Below, piece by piece: positions 36,889 through 47,267 of a stretch of DNA of 64,000 nucleotides. The translations under genes were made by a program, and so were the position numbers. Positions within the stretch are counted from its first letter, which is position 1. Every line of letters begins with the position of its first letter. The notes under the pieces were generated by a model. That model saw only the letters and a program-made list of their open reading frames with translations, did not search any database and was not told where the DNA came from. Source of the DNA: a bacterium (GTDB lineage Bacteria > Patescibacteriota > Dojkabacteria > SC72); assembly GCA_022840695.1 (NCBI GenBank), contig JALHDC010000002.1:25753-89752 (forward strand), read 5' to 3'.

Positions 36889-39069
36889 ATGAAAAAATAT
36901 TCAGAAAAAATAGAAGGAATGCACTGTGCAACATGTGCAATTAATATAAAAGATAGAATAGCTTCCTTGGATGGAGTCAGTAATGCAACAGTAAATTATG
37001 CTAGTAAACAAATTAATGTGGAATACGATGAGAAAAAAATAAACGAACAAGATTTTAAGAAGGAAATTAAAGATCTAGGTTATTTAGTCTCATCTAAATC
37101 AAATAAAGAAGAAAATAGCTATTTGAAGAAAGAAAGAAGAAAGCTCTACTTCCTTATTCCAATTGCTCTGTCTATTTTCTTTTTAATGATCTGGAATATG
37201 CTAATGATGGAAATTTTTAAAAATGATCAATTTATGATAGAAATAAAAATTTTTGATGAAATACTTTTTTTAATATCAAGTTTAGTTCTTCTAATAGCTG
37301 GAAGACCTTTCCTAAATGGGCTAACAAATTTCTTGAGCGGTAAAGGTGCAGATATGAATACCTTGATTGGACTAGGAACAGGTGCAGCATATATATACAG
37401 TACCATTATTCTAATATTGAGGTATTTCAATACCAATATCTATGTTGAAAATGTCTTGTACTTTGAAGCATTAATAATCGTAATTAGTTTTGTAGTTTGG
37501 GGGAAGTATTTAGAAGAAAAATCAAAAGCAAGTACAGGAAGTGCAATCAAGGAATTGGCAAGCCTACAATCTGTATCTGCAATACTATACAAAGATGGAA
37601 AGGAATTAGATATTAAAATTGAGGATATTAAAATAAATGACATCTTACTAGTTAAGCCTGGATCAAAAATCCCTACAGATGGATTAATAATAGATGGCGA
37701 TGCTTTAATAGATCAATCTATGCTAACAGGAGAACCTGTGCCTGTTTTGAAAAAAATAAACGAAAATGTATTTGGTGGAACAATTAATAAACAAGGTTTT
37801 TTAAAAATAAAAGCTACAAAGGTTGGAAAGGATACAGTACTAGCTAGAATCATTGAATTAGTTGAAAATGCTCAGAATTCAAGAGCACCAATAGAGAAAT
37901 TAGTGGATAAAATATCTAGAGTTTTTGTTCCATTAATAATAATTTTAGCAATACTTTCTTTCATTATTTGGACTATATCTGGAAATGTTTCAATGGGAAT
38001 ATCAGCTCTAGTTTCTACATTGGTCATAGCATGTCCCTGTGCTCTTGGATTAGCAACTCCTACAGCAATTATAGTAGGAGTAGGAAAGGGAGCAAAAAAT
38101 GGCATATTAATAAAAGATGTTGAGAAGATGCAAAATCTTAGTAATGTAGATACTATTGTTTTTGATAAAACAGGAACAATAACATATGGGAAGCCACAAG
38201 TTACAAAAATTATTACTACAAAGAATGAAGCGGAAATATTAACAATAGCAGCTTCCTTAGAATCAAAATCTCAACATCCCTTGGCATATGCTATGAAAGA
38301 GAAAACGAAAGAGTTAGGACTTAAGATCAAGCCAGTCAAAAATTTTAAAAATATTGATGGGAAAGGATTAGAGGGTATGATTGGAAATGAACAGTATTTT
38401 TTGGGAAGTCCTACGTATATAAAGAGTTTAAATATTGAAATAGATGATACAGATATTGATTCAACAGCTATCGTTTTAGCAGATAGAAAGAATGTACTCG
38501 CAAAAATATTTGTTGAAGATCAAATAAAGGAGGATGCAAAGGATACAATAAAACACATTCATTCATTAGGTATTAAGACTGTATTATTAAGTGGAGATAA
38601 TGAAAAAACTGTAAATAAGATAGCGAAATTCTTAAATATAGATGAATTTTATTCCAATGTTCTACCAGAAGACAAATCAAAAATAATTAATACTCTCAAA
38701 AAAGAGAAAACCATTGCTATGGTTGGAGATGGTATTAATGACGCTCCCGCTCTTGCCCTTGCAGATGTAGGGATTGCTATGGCAACAGGAACAGATATAG
38801 CCATTGAATCATCCGATATTATTTTATTAGGTGGGAATCTAGAGAAAATTCCAATGAGTATAAAGCTATCCAAAGATATAATGCTAACTATAAAGCAGAA
38901 TCTATTCTGGGCCTTTATATACAATATCATTGGAATTCCATTGGCAATGGGAGTTTTCTATCCAATATTTAAGATATTAATAAATCCTGCTTTTGCAGGA
39001 ATGGCTATGTCATTTAGCAGTATATCTGTTGTACTTAATTCGTTAAGACTTAAATTTAAAAAAGTATAG
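36889..39069 (+). CDS. copA: copper-translocating P1B-type ATPase
   Basis: N-terminal HMA GMHCATCA, CPC in TM6, DKTGT, GDGINDAP. Confidence 0.9.
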   Translation: MKKYSEKIEGMHCATCAINIKDRIASLDGVSNATVNYASKQINVEYDEKKINEQDFKKEIKDLGYLVSSKSNKEENSYLKKERRKLYFLIPIALSIFFLMIWNMLMMEIFKNDQFMIEIKIFDEILFLISSLVLLIAGRPFLNGLTNFLSGKGADMNTLIGLGTGAAYIYSTIILILRYFNTNIYVENVLYFEALIIVISFVVWGKYLEEKSKASTGSAIKELASLQSVSAILYKDGKELDIKIEDIKINDILLVKPGSKIPTDGLIIDGDALIDQSMLTGEPVPVLKKINENVFGGTINKQGFLKIKATKVGKDTVLARIIELVENAQNSRAPIEKLVDKISRVFVPLIIILAILSFIIWTISGNVSMGISALVSTLVIACPCALGLATPTAIIVGVGKGAKNGILIKDVEKMQNLSNVDTIVFDKTGTITYGKPQVTKIITTKNEAEILTIAASLESKSQHPLAYAMKEKTKELGLKIKPVKNFKNIDGKGLEGMIGNEQYFLGSPTYIKSLNIEIDDTDIDSTAIVLADRKNVLAKIFVEDQIKEDAKDTIKHIHSLGIKTVLLSGDNEKTVNKIAKFLNIDEFYSNVLPEDKSKIINTLKKEKTIAMVGDGINDAPALALADVGIAMATGTDIAIESSDIILLGGNLEKIPMSIKLSKDIMLTIKQNLFWAFIYNIIGIPLAMGVFYPIFKILINPAFAGMAMSFSSISVVLNSLRLKFKKV

Positions 39070-40055
39070 TGATGCTATCAAGAAAATATTATGTAAAAGG
39101 TATGCACTGTCCATCTTGTGAGATATATATTGAAAATAAACTAAAAGATATTGATTCTATATCCAATATAAAAAGTAACTATAAAAACCAAACAGTAACT
39201 TTTAATACGAATCAGCAATATCAAGAAAATACAGTTATAAATGAAATAAATAATCAAATAGAAAAGGATGGATATCAAATTCAAGCAGATTCATTAGAAA
39301 TAGGGAAAAGCAAACAAAATATTCTACTTCCACTATCTATTTCTATAATTATTATGCTTATATTTTATCTAATTCAAAAATATTTTCCTTTTGACATAAT
39401 TTCAGGATCAACAAATATATATTTAACATCTTTCCTTATTGGAGTATTAGCTTCTCTTTCTTCATGTATGGCAGTTGTTGGGAGCATAACAATATCTATG
39501 TCGACAAAATATAAAAACAGATCCTCAATCATTATTTTTCATATATCAAGAATCTTTTCCTTTTTTATACTTGGAGGAATTTTAGGCTTAATAGGTAGTA
39601 CTGTTTCTCTGTCAGATAATTTCTACCTTATTTCAGGTATCGTACTATTTTTTATAATGATAATTATGGGACTTAATTTATTAGATCTGTTTCCATTTGT
39701 AAAAAATTTACAACCAAAACTACCCAAGCAAATTACTTCAAAAACTTTTCGAAATAACACTTCCCCTTTGCTCTTAGGATTCTTAACATTCTTTCTACCA
39801 TGCGGGTTTACCCAATCAATGCAAATCTTAGCTATAAGTACTGGTGATATTATTATTTCATCGTTAACTATGCTCATTTTTGCTTTAGGAACCTTACCTA
39901 TATTAGGACTTCTTTCATTTGGCATTAGAATACTAAAAGAAAAAGTTGATACTCAAATACTTTTTAAAACTGCAGGATTTATTATTATCTTTTTCTCTTT
40001 GTACAATCTGATGTCATTACTTACATCTATTGGTATAATAGTAAATATATTTTAA
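39069..40055 (+). CDS. HMA-domain fused to CcdA/DsbD-like (DsbD_2) membrane thiol-disulfide protein
   Basis: GMHCPSCE metal-binding motif, TM Cys in LSSCMAVVG and FLPCGFTQ; start overlaps copA stop. Confidence 0.5.
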   Translation: MMLSRKYYVKGMHCPSCEIYIENKLKDIDSISNIKSNYKNQTVTFNTNQQYQENTVINEINNQIEKDGYQIQADSLEIGKSKQNILLPLSISIIIMLIFYLIQKYFPFDIISGSTNIYLTSFLIGVLASLSSCMAVVGSITISMSTKYKNRSSIIIFHISRIFSFFILGGILGLIGSTVSLSDNFYLISGIVLFFIMIIMGLNLLDLFPFVKNLQPKLPKQITSKTFRNNTSPLLLGFLTFFLPCGFTQSMQILAISTGDIIISSLTMLIFALGTLPILGLLSFGIRILKEKVDTQILFKTAGFIIIFFSLYNLMSLLTSIGIIVNIF

Positions 40056-40068
40056 GCTTAAAGAATAT

Positions 40069-40335
40069 ATGAATACAGATACTACATCGATAAACTTCAA
40101 AAAAGTGAGAAGCTTGATGGATAAGATAATAAAGATGAAAGAGAGAGATGAATACTGCATAGATATAATGCAACAGAATCTTGCAGCAATTGGCCTACTT
40201 AAATCTGCTCATCAATCACTAATGGAAGATCATTTGCATCATTGCTTTCTAAAAGCAATTGATTCAAAAAATGAGAAGAAGAAACTTGAAATGATTGAGG
40301 AGATTCTTAAAGTAACAAAATTAGCAAATAAATAA
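40069..40335 (+). CDS. csoR: CsoR-family metal-sensing transcriptional repressor
   Basis: 88 aa, C...H-x3-C ligand pattern (CIDIM...HLHHC). Confidence 0.6.
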   Translation: MNTDTTSINFKKVRSLMDKIIKMKERDEYCIDIMQQNLAAIGLLKSAHQSLMEDHLHHCFLKAIDSKNEKKKLEMIEEILKVTKLANK

Positions 40336-40336
40336 T

Positions 40337-41497
40337 ATGTACTATTTTGATAATTCAGCTACAACAAAGATAGATAAAGAGGTATTGGATGAAATGATGC
40401 CATATCTTACAGAAAAATTTGGAAATGCATCTACAATATATTCATTAGGAATAGAGAGTAGAACAGCTATATTGAATGGCAGAGAAAAAGTAGCCAAGGC
40501 ATTGGGATGTAGTAGTAAAGAAATATATTTCACTAGTTCTGGGACAGAGTCGGATAACTGGGCTTTAAAGGGAGTCGCATTTGCAAACAAAGATAAAGGA
40601 AAACATATAATAACAACGGCCATTGAGCATCATGCAATATTACATACTTGTGAATATTTAGAAAAACAAGGATTTGAAATAACATACCTCCCTGTAAAAG
40701 AGAATGGAATCATAGATATAGAAGTTCTGAAGAAAGAAATCCGAGAGGATACTATACTAATATCCATAATGACTGCAAATAATGAGATAGGAAGTATTCA
40801 ACCAATTGCAGAGATAGGAAAGATAGCTAAAGAGAAAGGTATATACTTCCATACAGATGCTGTACAGGCAGTAGGGAATATGAATATAGATGTTAATGAA
40901 TCAAATATTGATCTTCTTTCATTCTCAGGACATAAAATAAATGGACCTAAGGGAATAGGAGTATTGTACATAAGAGAGGGTGTAAACATAGACAACCTCC
41001 TTCACGGAGGAGGGCAGGAAAGAAGAAAAAGGGCAAGTACAGAAAATGTTGCTAGCATAGTTGGAATTGGTAAAGCAGTAGAGATTGCTACAAAAAATAT
41101 TGGAAAAAAGAGTGAATATTTAATTAATTTGAGAGAGAAATGTATAAAAGGGATATTAGATAAGATTCCAGATACAATTGTAAATGGTGATAGAGAAAAG
41201 AGATTGCCTGGAAATGTAAATGTATGCTTCAAATATATAGAAGGAGAATCTCTACTCTTACACTTAGATAAATTAGGAATATGTGCATCTAGTGGATCTG
41301 CATGTACCTCTGGAGAATTGAATCCCTCTCATGTACTTCTGGCAATTGGTCTACCTCATGAGATAGCACATGGATCATTAAGAATATCCATAGGAAAAAA
41401 TAATACAGAAGAAGAAATAGACTACATACTATCAGTATTACCTGATATTGTGCAGAAATTAAGAGATATGTCACCGTTATACATTAAAAACAAATAA
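40337..41497 (+). CDS. iscS: cysteine desulfurase
   Basis: PLP Lys in SGHKI, active-site SSGSACTSG. Confidence 0.9.
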   Translation: MYYFDNSATTKIDKEVLDEMMPYLTEKFGNASTIYSLGIESRTAILNGREKVAKALGCSSKEIYFTSSGTESDNWALKGVAFANKDKGKHIITTAIEHHAILHTCEYLEKQGFEITYLPVKENGIIDIEVLKKEIREDTILISIMTANNEIGSIQPIAEIGKIAKEKGIYFHTDAVQAVGNMNIDVNESNIDLLSFSGHKINGPKGIGVLYIREGVNIDNLLHGGGQERRKRASTENVASIVGIGKAVEIATKNIGKKSEYLINLREKCIKGILDKIPDTIVNGDREKRLPGNVNVCFKYIEGESLLLHLDKLGICASSGSACTSGELNPSHVLLAIGLPHEIAHGSLRISIGKNNTEEEIDYILSVLPDIVQKLRDMSPLYIKNK

Positions 41498-41499
41498 AT

Positions 41500-41877
41500 A
41501 TGGAAAATTATAGCGAGAAAGTTATGGATCACTTCATGAATCCCAGAAATGTAGGAGAGATTAAAGATGCAAACGGGATAGGAGAGGTAGGAAATCCAAG
41601 GTGTGGAGATATTATGAAGATGTATATAAAAGTAAAGAATAATAAGATAGAGGATGTAAAATTCTTAACTTTTGGATGTGGAGCAGCTGTAGCTACTAGC
41701 AGTATGATTACAGAATTAATAAAAGGAAAGACATTAGAAGAAGCTCTAGATATATCAAATAGACAGGTAGCAGAAGCACTAAATGGATTACCTCCTGTTA
41801 AAATGCACTGTTCTAATCTAGCAGAACAAGCTGTAAAAGCAGCAATAGAAGATTACAAGAAGAAAAATGAGAAATAA
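41500..41877 (+). CDS. iscU: Fe-S cluster assembly scaffold
   Basis: GNPRCGD, FGCGAA, HCS motifs. Confidence 0.85.
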   Translation: MENYSEKVMDHFMNPRNVGEIKDANGIGEVGNPRCGDIMKMYIKVKNNKIEDVKFLTFGCGAAVATSSMITELIKGKTLEEALDISNRQVAEALNGLPPVKMHCSNLAEQAVKAAIEDYKKKNEK

Positions 41878-42892
41878 AAAAGTACTCCTAGGTATGAGTG
41901 GAGGAGTAGATAGCTCTGTAGCTGCATACCTACTTAAAAAGAAAGGATATGAAGTAATAGGTGCTACTCTCCAAATGACAGATATTAAAGATACCGATGC
42001 TAAAAAAGTATGTGAATACCTTGGCATACAACATATATACATAGATAGAAGAGAAGAATTTAGAAAGGAAATAATTAATTATTTTTTAAATGAATACAAA
42101 GAGGGTAGAACTCCAAACCCCTGCACTCTATGTAATAGAAAAATAAAATTTAAAACTTTAATACAGGAAGCTAACAAATTGAATTGTAATTATATATCAA
42201 CTGGTCATTATGCAAGAGTAGCAAAAAAAGGTAATAGATATCTACTTAAAAAAGGTAAAGATAAAACAAAAGATCAAAGTTATGTACTATTCAATCTCAC
42301 TCAAGATCAATTAAGTAGATGTATATTTCCATTAGGTAATACAACAAAGAAAAGAATTAGAAATATAGCTAAAGATTTGAAATTAGAAATAGCAGAAAAA
42401 AAGGATAGCCAAGAAATATGCTTCATCCCAGATAATGATCATAATAGCTATATTAAAAACAATAGCTCTGAAAAATTTAAGAATGGGGATATTGTAGATA
42501 AAGAAGGCAATATATTAGGAAAACATAATGGAATATTCAATTACACAATAGGACAAAGAAAAGGTATTAAAATATCTTCTAAAGATCCTCTCTATGTTGT
42601 AGATATAGATGTAAAAAGAAATCAAATAGTAGTTGGAAATGAAGATGAAATATATAAAAATAAATTGATTGCAACTAATATTAACTGGATCGGTATTGAA
42701 GAATTAAGAAAAGAGATGAATGTGAAAGCAAAAATAAGATATAGTGGGAAAGAGTCTAAGTGTAAAGTATCTAAGATAGAAAATGACAAAGTATTAGTAG
42801 AATTTGATCAAGAACAACGGGCTATAACTTCTGGACAATCTGTAGTTTTTTACAAAAGAGATATTGTACTAGGGGGAGGAATAATTCTTTAG
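41867..42892 (+). CDS. mnmA: tRNA-specific 2-thiouridylase
   Basis: PP-loop LLGMSGGVDSS, 341 aa. Confidence 0.85.
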   Translation: MRNKKVLLGMSGGVDSSVAAYLLKKKGYEVIGATLQMTDIKDTDAKKVCEYLGIQHIYIDRREEFRKEIINYFLNEYKEGRTPNPCTLCNRKIKFKTLIQEANKLNCNYISTGHYARVAKKGNRYLLKKGKDKTKDQSYVLFNLTQDQLSRCIFPLGNTTKKRIRNIAKDLKLEIAEKKDSQEICFIPDNDHNSYIKNNSSEKFKNGDIVDKEGNILGKHNGIFNYTIGQRKGIKISSKDPLYVVDIDVKRNQIVVGNEDEIYKNKLIATNINWIGIEELRKEMNVKAKIRYSGKESKCKVSKIENDKVLVEFDQEQRAITSGQSVVFYKRDIVLGGGIIL

Positions 42893-43220
42893 GAACTCTA
42901 TTTCACAATCTTCTGTATTTTTATATAATTCACAAGCTTTTCATATTCTTTTACAAGGAGGCATACTGTTGTCTGACAAGAACGATTTCGTTAAAGAAAA
43001 GAACGGTAGGGAGAAAGAAAATATACAAACTTCTCTTATAGAGAAAAGGAAATACGAAATAAAAAACAAAGCAAGAAAAAAGAATGAAGAAAAGAAAAAG
43101 TAAAACCTGCTCCATGAGTGGGCCTATATTAGATTTCATTTCATATATATAGGCTCACTTAAAATTTTTACTTACATAAAAGATATAGTATATTGTATAA
43201 GTAACATAAATATATCAAAC

Positions 43221-43949
43221 ATGAGAAAAGAAATAATTCTTAAAATATTAATCTTCCTATTACTCACTACTACCATTGCAGTAAATGCTTTAGCCAATAT
43301 TGTACCGATAAATGGAATTACTACTGGTGAAGTATCTAATGCAATACCCATATATTTTGTACCTTCAGGATATGTTTTTGGTATTTGGGGATTCATATAT
43401 ATATCATTACTCTTCTATGCTTTTTACATATTTAAAGATTTCCAAAAAGAAGATAAAAAGATATTCCCATGGTTTGTTATTGGAAGTTTAAGTAATTCTA
43501 TTTGGATAGTTCTTTGGCATTATAAATTTATATATTTAAGTATATTACCAATGCTACTACTCCTTTCATCACTCATTGCGATATATAACATTACAGATAC
43601 AGAAGAGTATTCCAAATTAAAAAGAATTCCTTTTCAAATATATTTAGGCTGGATATCTGTAGCTACCATTGCAAATATATCTGGAGCTTTACACATTAGT
43701 CAATGGAACGGTTTTGGTATTCCAGAACAGATATGGGCAGTTATAATGATTGGAATTGCTACTAAATTAGCAATTTTAGTGACATCCATGAAAAAAGATG
43801 TTTTCTACTCACTTGTCATAATATGGGCAATTATAGGGATATTGGTTAATTTCTTTTCCAAATCGGATTTATTAACCGGAGCTTGTCTAGTATCCATAAT
43901 GGCAATATTTATGAATATCTTTACTGTGATATATATAAAAAAGACTTAG
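43221..43949 (+). CDS. TspO/MBR-like tryptophan-rich membrane protein
   Basis: multi-TM with W-rich motifs (FGIWGFIY, IYLGWISVATIAN) resembling TspO. Confidence 0.4.
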   Translation: MRKEIILKILIFLLLTTTIAVNALANIVPINGITTGEVSNAIPIYFVPSGYVFGIWGFIYISLLFYAFYIFKDFQKEDKKIFPWFVIGSLSNSIWIVLWHYKFIYLSILPMLLLLSSLIAIYNITDTEEYSKLKRIPFQIYLGWISVATIANISGALHISQWNGFGIPEQIWAVIMIGIATKLAILVTSMKKDVFYSLVIIWAIIGILVNFFSKSDLLTGACLVSIMAIFMNIFTVIYIKKT

Positions 43950-43961
43950 TTATTAAATTAA

Positions 43962-45446
43962 TTGAAAAAGAAATTAGAGAAGAAAATATACAGAATTTCA
44001 GAGATCCTCTTCTTTATTGTTCTTCTACTATTCACAGCTTTGTCTAGTTACTCTTTCTTTAAATATCAAAAGATTATTCAATCCTTACAAGCTACTAAAG
44101 TTGATTTCAAAAATTTTCCAAAAGCAAAGTTTGAATATGCCAAACCATTACCATTCGAGCTAAATATACTTCCATCTGATTTTTCTGATTTCATAGATAA
44201 ATATAATTTAGATATCAAAAGAGAACACATTGTCTCATTTCTCAATACTGGTTCCTTTTTCTATCCTAAAGATACATATCCCAAAAATATAGATCTTTTT
44301 AATGAATATTCAGAACTTGCAAATATCAATAATGAGATTTTCCTTTCTTCAAATATTTTAAATATGTATTTTGAAAATCAATATACAAATATTACAGAAG
44401 GATCAAAGAATCTAGAGAGAGAGGGAAGGGAGATAGAAGCTGATGTAAATATTGAAATCGAAAAAGATTCGGAAGTACTAAATTATCTAAGTAATCATCT
44501 AACATACCTGAAATCTTTAAATAAAGAATATGAATCATTAGAGAATCAAGTAAAAGCTTTATTGAATTATTCTGAAGGAAACAATGAGGACATATTAAAT
44601 ATAATTAAGAATCTTCCAACAATTGAATTAAAAGAAAATCAGGAATACGGATATTTAATATCATTACATAATAATCAATTAGTCATATCTCCATATATAG
44701 CAGAAGAGAATGATTTTGTAATAGATAACGAAAACTTTTCAAAAGGTTATGATATTGAGCCAACAACACAACTTGCAGGCTCTATTAGAATACCTGTACT
44801 TATGTTCCATCAAATAGCATATATTCCTAATACTGAAAGTACATTTAAACAAGGTTTATATATTATTCCCGAAGTTTTTGAACAACAGATAGCATATTTA
44901 ACAAAGAAAAATTACAGAAGTATATCTACAGAAGAATTTTTTAATATTCTAAAAACAGGCAAAAATCCTACACAAAAAACAATTGTCTTAACCTTTGATG
45001 ATTCTGTAGAAAATCATTTTACCACTGCATATCCCATTTTAAAAAAGTATGGGCAAACTGGAGTGTTTTTTGTTGTATCACATAGAAGCTCAATAACAGC
45101 AGAGCAATTAAAAGAGATGTCTAATAATGGTATGGATATAGAATCTCATACATCAATGCATCCTGATTTAACTAAGTTAACTTCTGATTCCGAATTAACA
45201 TCTGAGATAGCTGGGAGTAGGTCTGCACTCAGTAGCATTACAGGAAAGAGTGTTAATGCTATTGCATATCCTGGATGTGTAGCCAATACAAATGTATATA
45301 GCAAAGTACAAGGTTCTGGATATTTAACAGGATTCTCTTGTGGAAGAAAAATAGATCATTACTACATTAATAGATTCTCTATTTCCAGAACACATGTATC
45401 TAATTCATTGGAATCATTAAAAATCATACTGTCCGGTAGATATTAG
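43962..45446 (+). CDS. membrane-anchored polysaccharide deacetylase (NodB/CE4 family)
   Basis: C-terminal TFDD (LTFDDS) and HTxxHP motifs; N-terminal TM. Confidence 0.65.
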   Translation: MKKKLEKKIYRISEILFFIVLLLFTALSSYSFFKYQKIIQSLQATKVDFKNFPKAKFEYAKPLPFELNILPSDFSDFIDKYNLDIKREHIVSFLNTGSFFYPKDTYPKNIDLFNEYSELANINNEIFLSSNILNMYFENQYTNITEGSKNLEREGREIEADVNIEIEKDSEVLNYLSNHLTYLKSLNKEYESLENQVKALLNYSEGNNEDILNIIKNLPTIELKENQEYGYLISLHNNQLVISPYIAEENDFVIDNENFSKGYDIEPTTQLAGSIRIPVLMFHQIAYIPNTESTFKQGLYIIPEVFEQQIAYLTKKNYRSISTEEFFNILKTGKNPTQKTIVLTFDDSVENHFTTAYPILKKYGQTGVFFVVSHRSSITAEQLKEMSNNGMDIESHTSMHPDLTKLTSDSELTSEIAGSRSALSSITGKSVNAIAYPGCVANTNVYSKVQGSGYLTGFSCGRKIDHYYINRFSISRTHVSNSLESLKIILSGRY

Positions 45447-45448
45447 AT

Positions 45449-45832
45449 CTACATTCTGATCTCCCATAATCCATGGATATTACAATATGCTCTAACTATA
45501 TAGCTATCTGATTCTACAAAATCAAATACTGCTTGAGGTTTTTCACTTGGTTTCAGAAATTTTCTAAAAGAAACACCATTTACAATATATTCAATCCATT
45601 CAATATAGTGAGCATCTTCCATTGGATGAGGGATATCACCTATATTTACAATCAATTTACTATCTTCAAACGATAGTGATGGAAGATGTTTTTCGAATCC
45701 TTGATCTTGATCATGTTCTACTTGCAATGTCATTGGCTTATCACAACATACCAAGGTACCAGTTCCTGAATGTATAACATTAACCATATTTCCGCATATT
45801 TCACATTTATATATTTGATGTAATTCTGTCAT
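45449..45832 (-). CDS. dfx: desulfoferrodoxin (2Fe superoxide reductase)
   Basis: N-terminal desulforedoxin-like CEICGN...CC and C-terminal SOR domain; 127 aa. Confidence 0.85.
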   Translation of the reverse strand: MTELHQIYKCEICGNMVNVIHSGTGTLVCCDKPMTLQVEHDQDQGFEKHLPSLSFEDSKLIVNIGDIPHPMEDAHYIEWIEYIVNGVSFRKFLKPSEKPQAVFDFVESDSYIVRAYCNIHGLWEIRM

Positions 45833-45931
45833 ACATATGTATCTTAATTTATGTAATTCAGTATATATTAATTATTGAAAATTGTTAACCTATGAGTATA
45901 ATATACTACAGTAAATTGAATATAAAAAAAT

Positions 45932-46234
45932 ATGGCTAAAAGATTGTACAGATCAGAAACAGATAAAATAATTGGTGGAGTATGTGGAGGTATTGCTGAA
46001 TATCTAAATATTGATTCAGTTATTATAAGAGTTTTGTTTATATTAGCTTTGATTTCAGAAGGATTTGGTTTAATGCTTTATATAATACTCTGGGTTGTGT
46101 TACCTACAAAAGAAAATATTGATAAAGATCCAGAAGAAGTTATACAGAAGAATACAGAGGAAATAAAAAAGAATGTGGTTAAAGCTACTAAAGGTATCAG
46201 GAAGGAAGTAAAATCTGATACAAAGAAAAAATAA
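45932..46234 (+). CDS. PspC-domain protein
   Basis: LYRSETDKIIGGVCGGIAEYL PspC N-terminal motif + TM. Confidence 0.6.
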   Translation: MAKRLYRSETDKIIGGVCGGIAEYLNIDSVIIRVLFILALISEGFGLMLYIILWVVLPTKENIDKDPEEVIQKNTEEIKKNVVKATKGIRKEVKSDTKKK

Positions 46235-46251
46235 TTTAAGTAATAAAATAT

Positions 46252-47256
46252 ATGGCAGAACCAATAAAAGAAAAAAAGGATATTGTATTTGCAATATTTC
46301 TGATATTCATAGGAGCCCTATTCCTACTAAACACAACAGGAGTAGTAGGATGGGGGATATGGGAATATATATTAAGATTTTGGCCTGTATTTCTAATATT
46401 AGGTGGTATTAGATTGATTTTAGGTTATTCTGTCATTACCGAAATTATAATCTCTGTAATTGCATTAATTCTCTTTGCATTAATTGGGATATTCTCATAC
46501 ATATCCTTTAGTTCAAATTCTTTACCATTTGTACCAAATTGCATGAATGAATACATATTGAAAAATTCTAATTGGCTTACATACAAGAGTTCTGACATGG
46601 TAGAAGATGAGACATTTGTAAATACTGAGGATTATGATGGTGTAACAAAAAGAAATTTGAATATCAAAGTCGGAGCATCTCAATTTACTTTAAATGATAA
46701 TGAAGAAGATAAGTTACTAAAACTTAATTCTAAGTATGTTGAAAATTACATAGAGCCGTCATTGGAAAGTGAAAAAGTTGAAGATACGGTTAATATTTCT
46801 TTTAATACAGTATCACCTAATACAATTAGATTTTGGGATAGTAGGAAATCTCCAGAGTTCAATTTCACTCTAGGAAAGATAGATTTAATTACTGATATAA
46901 ATATGATATTAGGAGCCGGGAAAGGAGAAGTTGATTTGGAATTGGTTAAACTTGATGAAGTATCAGCACAGGTAGGGGCTGGACAAATGATAATCAAATT
47001 AAACAAATCCTCCATTCCTTCAAAACTTAATTTAGATGTAGGTGCTGGAGAAATTATACTTCTACTTCCTGAGGAGATTGGATACAAATTATCGTACGAT
47101 TTAGGAGTAGGGGAAATTACCCAAAATGATGAAAAGATAGCAGAATTCTTAGGTAAAAATTCCGATTATGAATCAGAAAATTATCAAGAAGCTGAAATAA
47201 AATTAGAAATAGTAGCTAGAGTAGGAGTAGGTTCTTTAGAAATAAATAATATTTAA
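46252..47256 (+). CDS. membrane protein with C-terminal DUF4097-like beta-helical (putative adhesin) repeats
   Basis: 4 TM then repeated VGAG/GVG beta-strand units. Confidence 0.45.
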   Translation: MAEPIKEKKDIVFAIFLIFIGALFLLNTTGVVGWGIWEYILRFWPVFLILGGIRLILGYSVITEIIISVIALILFALIGIFSYISFSSNSLPFVPNCMNEYILKNSNWLTYKSSDMVEDETFVNTEDYDGVTKRNLNIKVGASQFTLNDNEEDKLLKLNSKYVENYIEPSLESEKVEDTVNISFNTVSPNTIRFWDSRKSPEFNFTLGKIDLITDINMILGAGKGEVDLELVKLDEVSAQVGAGQMIIKLNKSSIPSKLNLDVGAGEIILLLPEEIGYKLSYDLGVGEITQNDEKIAEFLGKNSDYESENYQEAEIKLEIVARVGVGSLEINNI

Positions 47257-47267
47257 TTATAAAAAAA

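Noticed and set aside
43112-43160. Imperfect inverted repeat (AGTGGGCCTATA ... TATAGGCTCACT) upstream of the TspO-like gene
   Set aside because: Large 21-nt loop and one mismatch, with no adjacent T-tract. It could be a protein-binding site, but the evidence is too weak to call.
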